The notes under the pieces are model-generated. The model had not been told where the DNA came from and ran no database searches. It saw only the letters and a list, made by a program, of their open reading frames with translations. Of a stretch of DNA of 64,000 nt, positions 30,116 to 39,156 are shown in pieces. The position numbers and the translations under genes are program-made. Where the stretch lies: assembly GCA_965205485.1 (NCBI GenBank), contig OZ242180.1, positions 2,432,001 through 2,496,000 on the forward strand, in the 5' to 3' direction. Every line of letters starts with the position of its first letter. Within the stretch, counting starts at the first letter, position 1. This DNA is from Candidatus Latescibacterota bacterium (GTDB taxonomy: Bacteria; Latescibacterota; UBA2968; GCA-2709665).

Positions 30116-30643
30116 CTAATTTCCCGATTCCAGTCCCATGTAGACTCCCCTCCTTCTGACGTACCCGTCCGTATTCTTCCTGAAATTCGCGATCTCCTCC
30201 TCCGTCAGTTCCCGCCTTACCCTGGCCGGCACGCCCGCGGCCAGCGTTCGGGGCGGGATCTCCATACCCTCGAGAACCAGCGCATTCGCCGCGACGAGCG
30301 ATTCCTCGCCGACCCGTGCCTGATTCAACACCGTTGCGCCCATTCCTATGGTGGCCCCACGATCTACCAGACAGCCGTGCAGAATCGCGTTGTGCCCGAC
30401 AGTCACGTACTCGCCCACGGTACAGGGACATCCCGGATCGGTATGCAGGACCGCACCGTCCTGGATATTGGACCTCCTGCCGACCCGGATCGGCTCCTCG
30501 TCACCGCGCAGCACCGCATTGAACCAGATACTCGCCTCTTCCGCGACACACACCCTTCCGACAAGTATCGCTCCGTCGGCCAGGAAGGCAGATTCATGAA
30601 CTTCCGGACGTGCGTCCAGATACGCCAGGCTTGTCAAATTCAC
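30116..30643 (-). CDS. Gamma-carbonic-anhydrase family protein
   Basis: IWFNAVLRGD, SNIQDGAVLH, TVGHNAILHGC hexapeptide repeats. Start approximate. Confidence 0.92.
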   Translation of the reverse strand: MNLTSLAYLDARPEVHESAFLADGAILVGRVCVAEEASIWFNAVLRGDEEPIRVGRRSNIQDGAVLHTDPGCPCTVGEYVTVGHNAILHGCLVDRGATIGMGATVLNQARVGEESLVAANALVLEGMEIPPRTLAAGVPARVRRELTEEEIANFRKNTDGYVRRRGVYMGLESGN

Positions 30644-30667
30644 ACCTCTCGTCTACCTGCCCGCAGG

Positions 30668-31723
30668 TCATCTGCCGCGGCGCCCACGCCTTTCACCGTC
30701 TTCACCGTCATCCGAGTCGCGATCCCGTCTGTCGCTTACGGGTCCCAGTACGAATTCACGTTTGCCGGGGCCGCCGCTGGAGCGGAACAGTCCCGTGAAA
30801 AACCCGATTGCTCCGGATATTGCGCCAAACAGAAGCGCTGTATCTTTGACCGGCGAGTTCGACTGCCAGCCGGCAAACGCACCCACTATGGCACCCGATA
30901 TGGCGCCTCCGACGCCCATCCGGACCGCAGTGCCGAGCTTTGTCGAACGTCTCCCGCGAAGGAACAGGACCCGATCGATATCATCGACCGGAACCCGCCT
31001 GGCGTCGAGACCGGTTTGTACCAGTATGGTCCCGTCGTCGTATTCCGGCAATAACTGTCCCTCGATCCGCTCACCGTCCTTCAGCACGACTCCTCCTCGA
31101 AGCCGGCGCGTAATTCCGGCCCGCGGACGCCGCTCTTCGAAGGAGATCTTCCGATCGGTATACCTGGGGTATTCTGCATCCTCCGGCAACCGGGATTCAA
31201 ACCCGATCTTGTATTTGCCCTTCCGGACCTCGTCGAAATGTTCGACATATTCCCGCAGCCGTCTGAGGGCATCCTCATCTCCGACCGGTACGGTCCTGTT
31301 GGCGATTTTCGGACCGGACCGGTACCGGATCCTTACCATTACGCGTTCTCCGCTCTTCAGAAAAGTGGCCGTCTGAATGCCGGGGATAGCCATATCGAGC
31401 AGACGCAGGGGGACCCTCTCGTTGTAGACGCTGCGTCCCTGGAACAGGGAGTAGCGGTTGCTCTCTTCCAGGTCGATCTCCGGTCCCACGAGCGGGCTCA
31501 GCACCACAAGGTTGCCCTCGATCTGCCGAACGTCCACGATGGCCCAGCCGGCATCCTCCAGGCCTTCGATTGTCCGGGTGGTTTTGGGACGATCTTCGCC
31601 ATCCCTTTCTGCCTTTTTCGCATCTTCAGCGCCCGATTCCGCCGCCCACGTCTGACCCGCGCCAACAAGGCTGGTCCACAGCACGCAGCTGGCGCATAAC
31701 AAAGCGATTGACTTTCGAAACAT
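30668..31723 (-). CDS. Hypothetical exported protein with C-terminal Gly-rich membrane segments
   Basis: GGGAG RBS, signal peptide, SPLVGPEIDLEE--RYSLF motif, glycine-zipper-like C-terminal helices. Confidence 0.6.
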   Translation of the reverse strand: MFRKSIALLCASCVLWTSLVGAGQTWAAESGAEDAKKAERDGEDRPKTTRTIEGLEDAGWAIVDVRQIEGNLVVLSPLVGPEIDLEESNRYSLFQGRSVYNERVPLRLLDMAIPGIQTATFLKSGERVMVRIRYRSGPKIANRTVPVGDEDALRRLREYVEHFDEVRKGKYKIGFESRLPEDAEYPRYTDRKISFEERRPRAGITRRLRGGVVLKDGERIEGQLLPEYDDGTILVQTGLDARRVPVDDIDRVLFLRGRRSTKLGTAVRMGVGGAISGAIVGAFAGWQSNSPVKDTALLFGAISGAIGFFTGLFRSSGGPGKREFVLGPVSDRRDRDSDDGEDGERRGRRGR

Positions 31724-31814
31724 AACCATCTCCCTGGATGTGGGGTGACTTCCCGGTACGACTTCAATGAAAGGCGGACCCTTCCAAAGGTCAAGCGCGG
31801 CAGACGATAACAAG

Positions 31815-31836
31815 AAAAAAACGGGTCGTCGACCCG
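31815..31836 (-). terminator. Intrinsic terminator of the arg operon
   Basis: Minus strand: CGGGTCGACGACCCG followed by T7. Confidence 0.7.
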
Positions 31837-31912
31837 CGCGCCTGCAGTCAGCCCGTGCGTTGCACTGCCACGTAAACGCCCGATCGGACGCAAAGTTCCG
31901 TCTCCCGGATTG

Positions 31913-32548
31913 TTACGCCGGTTCGTCCTTCAGATCCTCGATCTCGGCGGTGATGCCATCCATAATATAGGGTCGAAATTTCCTGAACATCGTCCGTCGC
32001 CTGAACCACCCACCGTCCGCCGCCGCCGTTCCCGCAACTCTCACGAATTGCATCAGGTCGATTCCATCGGAGTCGACCTCGCCGTAGAGCCATACATCCA
32101 GCCGTCGCCGGATTTTCGACAGGGAATCCGGGGATACCGGCATCGCTTTATCGAGCGGGAAAAAGACTTCGCCGTCCGCAAGCACAGAGGCGTCACGCAG
32201 GAATTGTCGTGAAGCTCGCACAAGTTGATCCGGATTACACACGGCCATTCCGGTGACAAAGTCGATATCGCCCTCCGCAACCACGTCCATAAACAGGGTG
32301 CGCATTCGGTTCCGCAAACCGCCATAGTCCTCCATCAGGCGATTCGAACGCGGGTTCACACCCACGTGCAGCGTACCCAGCCCGTTGTAACGACGACACT
32401 CCGATACGAAATCGGCCTCGTTGTCGAACAGCCCGATGCCGATGACGTGGTCTCCGTCCGTCGCCTTCAAATGCGTGAGGCCGAGCTCCGGACCGTGTTG
32501 CAGAAGGTCGTAGTGCCGCCGCACGTCGCGCTCACTGAAGGACTTCAC
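31913..32548 (-). CDS. Hypothetical protein, degenerate AEP/RepB primase-like
   Basis: GLFDNEADFVSECRRYNG--LHVGVNPR and DL-QFVRVAGT resemble mobile-element primase motifs; GTGA overlap with argH. CDS likely, family call tentative. Confidence 0.55.
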   Translation of the reverse strand: MKSFSERDVRRHYDLLQHGPELGLTHLKATDGDHVIGIGLFDNEADFVSECRRYNGLGTLHVGVNPRSNRLMEDYGGLRNRMRTLFMDVVAEGDIDFVTGMAVCNPDQLVRASRQFLRDASVLADGEVFFPLDKAMPVSPDSLSKIRRRLDVWLYGEVDSDGIDLMQFVRVAGTAAADGGWFRRRTMFRKFRPYIMDGITAEIEDLKDEPA

Positions 32549-33951
32549 CCTTCCGCTCTCCGCGTTCTACCGCCGAGTAACTGCCTGCCGCGGCGGACCT
32601 GCGCCGCAACGGCCTCGTAGCCCGTTCCCCCGTCCAGTTCCCGCCGGTTGACACTGGCGTCTGCGCGAAGCGACGCCACCACGTCCGCCTCGAACAGATC
32701 GCACGCCGAATGAAGGGTTTCCAGGTCGAGCTCGTCGAGACGCCGTCCCTGCGAAAGCGCGGTCCGGACCAGCCTGCCCACGATCCGGTGGGTTTCGCGA
32801 AAGGGCAGTCCTTTTCTCACGAGATAATCCGCGAGGTCCGTCGCAACAACGGTGCCGTCCAGAGCTTCGCGCATCCGATCGGTCTGGACCGACATTGTCC
32901 GCCACGCGCCTGCGAAAACCTCCAACACCTGATGAATCGTATCGACTGTATCGAAGAATGCCTCTTTGTCCTCCTGAAGATCCTTCGAATAGGTCAGAGG
33001 CAATCCCTTCATCACGGTCAACAACGCCATCAGATTGCCGTACACCCGCCCGGTCTTGCCGCGGACCAGCTCCAGCGAATCCGGGTTCTTCTTCTGCGGC
33101 ATCATGCTCGAACCGGTGCTGTACGCGTCGTCGAGTTCGATAAACCGAAACTCGGACGACGACCATACGATCAGGTCTTCGCAGAACCTGCTAAGGTGCC
33201 CCATGAGAATCGCCGCGGCGGCCATGTACTCCAGGAGATAGTCCCGGTCGCTGACTGCGTCGATGCTGTTTTCGGTTATCCGCGAGAACCCCAGTTCCGA
33301 GGCCAGGAATTCCCGATCGATCGGAAAGGCGCTGCCGGCGAAGGCGCCCGATCCGAGCGGCATGGCATCCGCCCGATCGGCGCACGCGGCGAATCGTCCG
33401 CGGTCCCGATCCAGCATCCAGAACAATGCCATCGTATAGTGCGACAGCCGCACGGGCTGCGCCTGCTGCAGATGCGTATATCCCGGCATCAGGACTTCGA
33501 TGTGCCTATCGGCGAAATCCACCAGGACGGTCTGCAGGCGGTCGATGCCGGCGACGGTGTCCCGAGCCGCCTCCCGCAGATACAGCCGTTCATCCAGCGC
33601 CACCTGATCGTTCCTGCTGCGCCCGGTATGGAGCTTGCCGCCCACCTCACCCACGATATCGATCAGCCGCGCCTCGATCGCCATGTGTATGTCTTCCAGG
33701 TGCGCGGCCAGCGCAAGGCGGCCTTCTGCGATTTCCGATTCCACCTGATCCAGGCCCTTCAGGACGCGGTCCAGTTCCTGTGCCTCCAGGACGCCGATAT
33801 TCGCCAGGGCTTTCGCCTGAGCCCTGCTGCCGGCGATATCCGCCCTGTATAGCCGCCGGTCGAACCCGATGGACGCGTTGAATTGCTCCATTGCGCTTTC
33901 CGACGCCTCGTGGAAACGACCCGACCATGGCTTTTTCGCAGATTCACCCAT
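32545..33951 (-). CDS. argH: Argininosuccinate lyase
   Basis: WSGRF, LHTGRSRNDQV, MPGYTHLQQAQP, GSSMMPQKKNPD. Alternative start at 34011 (ATGA overlap with argG). Confidence 0.96.
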   Translation of the reverse strand: MGESAKKPWSGRFHEASESAMEQFNASIGFDRRLYRADIAGSRAQAKALANIGVLEAQELDRVLKGLDQVESEIAEGRLALAAHLEDIHMAIEARLIDIVGEVGGKLHTGRSRNDQVALDERLYLREAARDTVAGIDRLQTVLVDFADRHIEVLMPGYTHLQQAQPVRLSHYTMALFWMLDRDRGRFAACADRADAMPLGSGAFAGSAFPIDREFLASELGFSRITENSIDAVSDRDYLLEYMAAAAILMGHLSRFCEDLIVWSSSEFRFIELDDAYSTGSSMMPQKKNPDSLELVRGKTGRVYGNLMALLTVMKGLPLTYSKDLQEDKEAFFDTVDTIHQVLEVFAGAWRTMSVQTDRMREALDGTVVATDLADYLVRKGLPFRETHRIVGRLVRTALSQGRRLDELDLETLHSACDLFEADVVASLRADASVNRRELDGGTGYEAVAAQVRRGRQLLGGRTRRAEG

Positions 33952-34007
33952 TGAATGATCCCAAACCGCCCGCATGTCCCATGAAGCGGACTCCTGATCC
34001 TTGTCTC

Positions 34008-35261
34008 TCATTCTCTTGTCAGCCCACCATCCACCTGTTGCGAAGCATTCAACGCCTTTGCGCCGACACTCAGCACATTCAGAAATCCCTCCGAATCCCT
34101 GTGGTCGTAGTCGCCGATCGCCTCCATCGAGGACAGTTCGGAGGAATACAGGGAATGCGCCACGGCCGCGGACGACTGATACGTTACCGATCCTTTGTAT
34201 ACCGAAACGGTCAGCGAGCCCTCCGCCAGCTTCCGAACGGGCGAGAGGGCGCCTCGAACCATCTGCGATGACAGGTCGAAATAATACCCCTGGTAGATCT
34301 GCTCGGCAAGCACCGAGGAGAGCGAATCGTAGAATCGGCGTGCCCGCCTGTCGAGTACCTGCTGCAACAGGAACTGGTAGCATGCGCCAAGCAATGCGAG
34401 CCCCGGGCTTTCGTACACGCCTCGAGATTTGATGCCCACGAAGCGATTCTCGACCGTGTGGATACCGATGCCGACTCCGTGACGCCCGGCAACGTCGTTG
34501 GCCGTTGCGATCGCCGATACGGCGTCCACGTGCTCTCCGTTCACAAGTACGGGACGCCCTGCTTCGAGCGTTACCGAGAATGACTCCGGGCGATCCGGCG
34601 CGTCCTTCGGGAAAACGCCCATGCCCGGCTCGATGAAGTCCGCGGCCACGTCGAGGTATTCCAGCTTTCCCGCCTCGTGCGTCAGACCCAGCAGATTCGC
34701 ATCCGTCGAATACGGCTTGTCCTGCGTCGCCGTGATGGGCAGGTTCCGGGCCTGGCAATAGGCGATCATCTCCCTGCGTCCGCCGAAATGCTCCAGGAAT
34801 GCGTCGTCACGCCACGGCGCATACACCTTGATGGCAGGCGACAGCATATTGGCGACGAGCTGGAATCGCACCTGGTCGTTCCCTCGGCCGGTGGCTCCGT
34901 GCGCGAGTACGTCGATATCGCGCGCCTGCATCTCCTCGAGGATCCCCCGCGCGGTCACGTGTCGGGCAAGACCGGTCGTGTTCCAGTACCCGCCCTCGTA
35001 CACGGCATTGGCAAGGAGGATGGTGATTGCCTCCTCTGCCAGGTCCGACTTCAAGTCCAGGATGACCGAATCCACGGCCCCGCACGCCAGCATCCGCCGG
35101 CCGATATCCTCGATATCTTCCTCGTCCGGCTGCCCGATATCCGCGGTCATGCTCACCACGTCCACCCCCTGGTCGGCAAGCCAGCGCGAAACCGTACAGC
35201 TGTCAAGCCCCCCGGAAGCCGCCAGCGCAATCCGCTTGCCCTGAATGTCCGCCAATTTCAT
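34008..35261 (-). CDS. argG: Argininosuccinate synthase
   Basis: SGGLDS, HGATGRGNDQVRF, YSTDANL, ENRFVGIKSRGVYE. Confidence 0.96.
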   Translation of the reverse strand: MKLADIQGKRIALAASGGLDSCTVSRWLADQGVDVVSMTADIGQPDEEDIEDIGRRMLACGAVDSVILDLKSDLAEEAITILLANAVYEGGYWNTTGLARHVTARGILEEMQARDIDVLAHGATGRGNDQVRFQLVANMLSPAIKVYAPWRDDAFLEHFGGRREMIAYCQARNLPITATQDKPYSTDANLLGLTHEAGKLEYLDVAADFIEPGMGVFPKDAPDRPESFSVTLEAGRPVLVNGEHVDAVSAIATANDVAGRHGVGIGIHTVENRFVGIKSRGVYESPGLALLGACYQFLLQQVLDRRARRFYDSLSSVLAEQIYQGYYFDLSSQMVRGALSPVRKLAEGSLTVSVYKGSVTYQSSAAVAHSLYSSELSSMEAIGDYDHRDSEGFLNVLSVGAKALNASQQVDGGLTRE

Positions 35262-35295
35262 TACAGACGCTCCTTTCCCATCGTCCGCCTGCACA

Positions 35296-36495
35296 CTAAC
35301 CCTGCAGAATTTCGTCGAATACGTCCATAACGTGGTCGATATTCGTCTGATCAACCACCAGCGGCGGCAGAAAACGCACCACGTCGGGTCCGGCGACACA
35401 TACCAGGATTCCCCGCTCACGGAACCCGCCCATCACTTCGGCGGCAGGGACGTCGGCCAATACCGCACCCGCGATCAACCCCCTCCCGCGGATCTCCGTG
35501 ATCTTTTCGGGGTAGGTTTCCTTGAGCGCGTTCAGCCGGCCGTTCAGGTGGTCGCCTTTCGCCCTTACGGACGCGATGAATCCAGGGTCCGAGAGCTGCC
35601 TGAAGACCTCGATGCCCACGGCGCAACTGACCGGATGCGCCCCGAACGTTGCTGCATGGTCGCTGGGCTCCACGGCATCGGCAACGTCCTGGCTCATCAG
35701 TGTCGCGCCAATCGGCAGGCCTCCGGCCAGGGGCTTGGCCAGCGTCATGATGTCCGGTGTTACGCCGTAGTGCTCGTAACAGAACAGAGCCCCGGTCCGG
35801 CAGAGCCCGGACTGAATCTCGTCGAACACGAGCAGCATCTTCATCTCGTCGCACAACTGTCGCAGCCCTTCGATAAACGTCGGTTCCCCCGAATGAATGC
35901 CGCCCTCGGCCTGGAGCGGCTCCAGAATCACCGCGACCGTCTCCGCATCCACCAGTCGTTCCACCGACTCGAGATTGTTGAACTCCGCGAACGAGATTCC
36001 GGGCAGCAGGGGTCCGAAGCCCTTGTGATACTTCGGCTGACCTGTGGTGGCGACCGACCCCATGGTGCGTCCGTGAAACGAGTTGTTCATCGCAATGAAC
36101 TTGTACTTTGCGCGTTCCTCGAAATTCGCGTATCCCCATTTTCGCGCAAACTTCAACGCGGCCTCCCAGGACTCGGTTCCGCTGTTGCAGAAGAATACAC
36201 GATCCGCGAATGAACTGTCGCACAGCATTTTCGCCAACCGGGGCGCGGGAATTGTATGGTACAGGTTCGAGACGTGGATCAGCTTCCGCGCCTGGGCCGA
36301 AATCGCGTCGCCAATGGTCGGGTTGTTATATCCCAGCGCATTCACGGACAGCCCGCTCACAAAATCCAGATACCGATTCCCGTCGGTGTCGAACAGTTGC
36401 ACACCGTCCCCTCGTTCCAGTACGAAGTCGGGCCGCGCGTAGGTCTGTAGAATGTAGTTCTGCTCAAGGTCGATTATTTCTTTCGTGTCCATCAT
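35296..36495 (-). CDS. argD: Acetylornithine aminotransferase
   Basis: NSGTE, FHGRTMG, EPLQAEGG, DEIQSG, AKPLAGGLP; arg operon context. Confidence 0.93.
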   Translation of the reverse strand: MMDTKEIIDLEQNYILQTYARPDFVLERGDGVQLFDTDGNRYLDFVSGLSVNALGYNNPTIGDAISAQARKLIHVSNLYHTIPAPRLAKMLCDSSFADRVFFCNSGTESWEAALKFARKWGYANFEERAKYKFIAMNNSFHGRTMGSVATTGQPKYHKGFGPLLPGISFAEFNNLESVERLVDAETVAVILEPLQAEGGIHSGEPTFIEGLRQLCDEMKMLLVFDEIQSGLCRTGALFCYEHYGVTPDIMTLAKPLAGGLPIGATLMSQDVADAVEPSDHAATFGAHPVSCAVGIEVFRQLSDPGFIASVRAKGDHLNGRLNALKETYPEKITEIRGRGLIAGAVLADVPAAEVMGGFRERGILVCVAGPDVVRFLPPLVVDQTNIDHVMDVFDEILQG

Positions 36496-36546
36496 CCACT
36501 CCCCGGGTTTTGGGTTCCATAACTGCAACCTGAACCGTGCAATGCT

Positions 36547-37425
36547 TCATTGGACAATCTCAGTGCCGATCCCCTCACGGGTGAAGACTTCGAGCAGCAA
36601 GGCGTGCGGGACGCGTCCATCTATAATGTGCGTCTTGTTTACGCCCCCTCTCACCGAACGCACGCAAGCCTGGAGCTTTGGAATCATCCCTCCCTTTGCC
36701 GTACCGTCCCGGATCAGCCTGTCGACATCATTGACGTGAAGTGTCGAGATCCTGGATTCCGGATCGGCGCTGTCACTCAAAATGCCATTTACGTCCGTCA
36801 GAAAAACGAGCTTCTCCGCCTCAAGCGTCCGTGCGATTTCCCCCGCGGCAGTATCCGCGTTCACGTTGTAGCTCCTGCCGTCCGGTCCCAGGCCGATCGG
36901 CGCGATCACCGGAATCGTCCCCTTTTCGCAAACCCTTCGAATCGGCTCCGGATCCACACGGTGTACGTCGCCCACAAACCCGATATCCACCCGCTTTCCA
37001 TCGGACGCTGACAGCGCAAAGTGTTTGTGTACGTGCATCACGCCGGCTTCCTTGGCGGACATCCCGTGCACGCAACCGTCCAGCGACCGGATTCCCTCCA
37101 CAATCCGCCTGTTAACCACACCGAACAGTGTTTCCTCCACCACCTGCATCGAGTCCGCGTCGGTCATGCGCAAACCGTGGACCCAATTAGACTCCAGTCC
37201 GGCTTCCTGCAGGCGTCTGCTGATTTCCCTGCCGCCGCCATGCACGACAACAGGCCGCATTCCTACCGTTTCCATGAAGACCAGATCCGCGAGGATCGTG
37301 TCCGATCCGCCGTCTTCGGGCTGCGTACTGCCGCCGTATTTCACGACGACGATCTTGTCCCGAAACGAGCGGATGTAGGGAAACGCCTCCACCAGCGTGG
37401 CGGCTTTCTGGATGAATTGATCCAT
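36547..37425 (-). CDS. argB: Acetylglutamate kinase
   Basis: VVKYGGS, VHGGG, GLRMTD, NVNADTAA, GGMIPK, GIGT. Confidence 0.96.
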   Translation of the reverse strand: MDQFIQKAATLVEAFPYIRSFRDKIVVVKYGGSTQPEDGGSDTILADLVFMETVGMRPVVVHGGGREISRRLQEAGLESNWVHGLRMTDADSMQVVEETLFGVVNRRIVEGIRSLDGCVHGMSAKEAGVMHVHKHFALSASDGKRVDIGFVGDVHRVDPEPIRRVCEKGTIPVIAPIGLGPDGRSYNVNADTAAGEIARTLEAEKLVFLTDVNGILSDSADPESRISTLHVNDVDRLIRDGTAKGGMIPKLQACVRSVRGGVNKTHIIDGRVPHALLLEVFTREGIGTEIVQ

Positions 37426-37478
37426 CGCACAATCCCGAGTTGCAAGCCGGCGGTGGGCCGTCCGTACCCGCCGAAGGT

Positions 37479-38426
37479 TCAGCCCGTACTGTAAACGCCG
37501 TCAATTCCGTAGAGTCTGGGCAGCCCGAACATCAGGTTCATATTCTCAACCGCCTGGCTGGCCGCGCCCTTGCCCAGGTTGTCTTCCATGGCGCAGATAT
37601 AGGCATATCCGTCGTCAACGCCCACCTTGATCGCCAGCTTGTGCGTCCCCACGACGTCGCGCGTACCCCACTGTTTGTCCTCCGAATCTTCCACTGGAAT
37701 GACGAGGTCCTCGTTTGTATACGCGGACGAGATCGCCTCGACCAACTGCCTGCCTGCTTCCTTCGCGGGTAGCGCCTTTAAGCTGTCGGCCAGTTCGATC
37801 CGTATGTTGGCATTGATGCCAGCGAATACGGAGCGCAGGACGATGGGCGTGAAGTTCACCCGAAAACCGGAGTAGAACTCCATCTCCGGTACGTGTTTAT
37901 GCCGCCGGCCAAAACTGTAGGTGACCTCGTCGGGCTCGTGTTCCACCCCTCTGCGGGCGCCCGAATTCCCCGACGTCGCCACGACCGTCGCTTCGCCCTG
38001 CACCATTTCCTTCAACGGATTCAAAGCCAGAATGACGCCGGTCGGATAACATCCCGGATTGCCGACCAGGCGCGCGCCGGCAATCCGGTCGGCAAACAGC
38101 GCGGGCATGCCGTAAACCGCATCCTCGAGAAACTCCGGCGCAACGTGGTCCAGCCCGTATCCAGCTTCGAACAGCAGCCTCGGCAACCGGAAGGCACCGC
38201 TCATATCGATAACTCTCGGACCCGCGTCCAGCGCCTGCGGCGCGAATTGCATTGATTCAGGGTCTTTGGTGGCCAGGAATACCACTTCACACTCGTCCAG
38301 GGCGCCTTTTCGACGTCTGGAATTCTGCCGGAATACGATCTCGGCCCGATCGTGATTCGCCAGTACCCGTTCTATTTCCTGGCCAACCATCCCGGTATCG
38401 CCGAAAATGCCGACGCTCAAAACCAC
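37479..38426 (-). CDS. argC: N-acetyl-gamma-glutamyl-phosphate reductase
   Basis: DMSGAFRL, GNPGCYPT, SG-SGA, HKHVPE, DNLGKGAASQAVENMN. Confidence 0.93.
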   Translation of the reverse strand: MVLSVGIFGDTGMVGQEIERVLANHDRAEIVFRQNSRRRKGALDECEVVFLATKDPESMQFAPQALDAGPRVIDMSGAFRLPRLLFEAGYGLDHVAPEFLEDAVYGMPALFADRIAGARLVGNPGCYPTGVILALNPLKEMVQGEATVVATSGNSGARRGVEHEPDEVTYSFGRRHKHVPEMEFYSGFRVNFTPIVLRSVFAGINANIRIELADSLKALPAKEAGRQLVEAISSAYTNEDLVIPVEDSEDKQWGTRDVVGTHKLAIKVGVDDGYAYICAMEDNLGKGAASQAVENMNLMFGLPRLYGIDGVYSTG

Positions 38427-38582
38427 GGGCGTCCTCCCACGGTTCCGGGAATGCCCGTACGGTTCGGGGATTCCGACGTATGCGGTCGAGGCCGCGCTTC
38501 GTGCTTCGCTCCCGGTTTTTCCGACGTCCGCGTCATCCGGATTGCCGCATCGCCGGCCATGTGATTGACCCTTCCGGTCCGA

Positions 38583-39047
38583 TCATTGGGAGATCTCAAG
38601 AATTCGCTCTTTCAGCCGTTCTCGTTTTTCCACTGATTGACACAGGATGAATATCGTATTCTCTCCGGCGATCGTTCCCACAACCTCCGTCCATCCCGCA
38701 CGGTCGATCGCTTCGCATACACCCTGCGCATGTCCGGTAATCGTCTTCAATACGAGCGTATGCCCCGCCCCACCCGTTTCGACGACGAAATCCCGCAACT
38801 CCCTCGCGAGCAGATCCGATCCACCGCCGTAGTGTCCGGTTTCGTCGTCCGTCGCCTGATAGCGGAGACTTCCCGCACCGTCCGGCGCCTTCACGATGCC
38901 CAGCTGTTTCAGGTCCTTCGAGAGCGTGGACTGTGTGGAGGATATTCCAGAGGCCCGGAGCGCATCAGACAATGCCTTCTGAGTCCCGATTGAACGGGAC
39001 GCGATGACGTTGAGAATGCGCCGTTGACGTTCTTGTTTGCCACTCAT
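38583..39047 (-). CDS. argR: Arginine repressor
   Basis: TQSTLSKDLKQLG winged HTH; GTIAGENT arginine-binding motif. Confidence 0.93.
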   Translation of the reverse strand: MSGKQERQRRILNVIASRSIGTQKALSDALRASGISSTQSTLSKDLKQLGIVKAPDGAGSLRYQATDDETGHYGGGSDLLARELRDFVVETGGAGHTLVLKTITGHAQGVCEAIDRAGWTEVVGTIAGENTIFILCQSVEKRERLKERILEISQ

Positions 39048-39124
39048 GGAATTTTATTCCAATTTTCCGGAGTATTATTCATAAAATACGCAAAAAATTC
39101 CGAATGTCAAGAATAATTATTCAT
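39047..39124 (-). promoter_or_regulatory. arg operon promoter with ARG boxes
   Basis: TTGACA (39110-39105)-N16-TATTTT; ARG-box-like TGAATAATTATTCT (39123-39110), TGAATAATACTCC and GGAATAAAATTCCA. Confidence 0.8.
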
Positions 39125-39156
39125 ATTGCCTGATTCTTCGCCAGCCATTTTCAAGC

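Noticed and set aside
32545..34758. 737-aa ORF suggesting an N-terminally extended ArgH fusion
   Set aside because: The extension overlaps argG in another frame and is Arg/Gly-rich noise; ArgH homology begins near 33951.
34008..35420. 470-aa ArgG with a long N-terminus
   Set aside because: The upstream part overlaps argD; the real start is the ATG at 35261.
38417..38599. 60-aa ORF or leader peptide between argR and argC
   Set aside because: Overlaps both genes and has no attenuator structure; only a short ACGTCGGAA direct repeat was noted.
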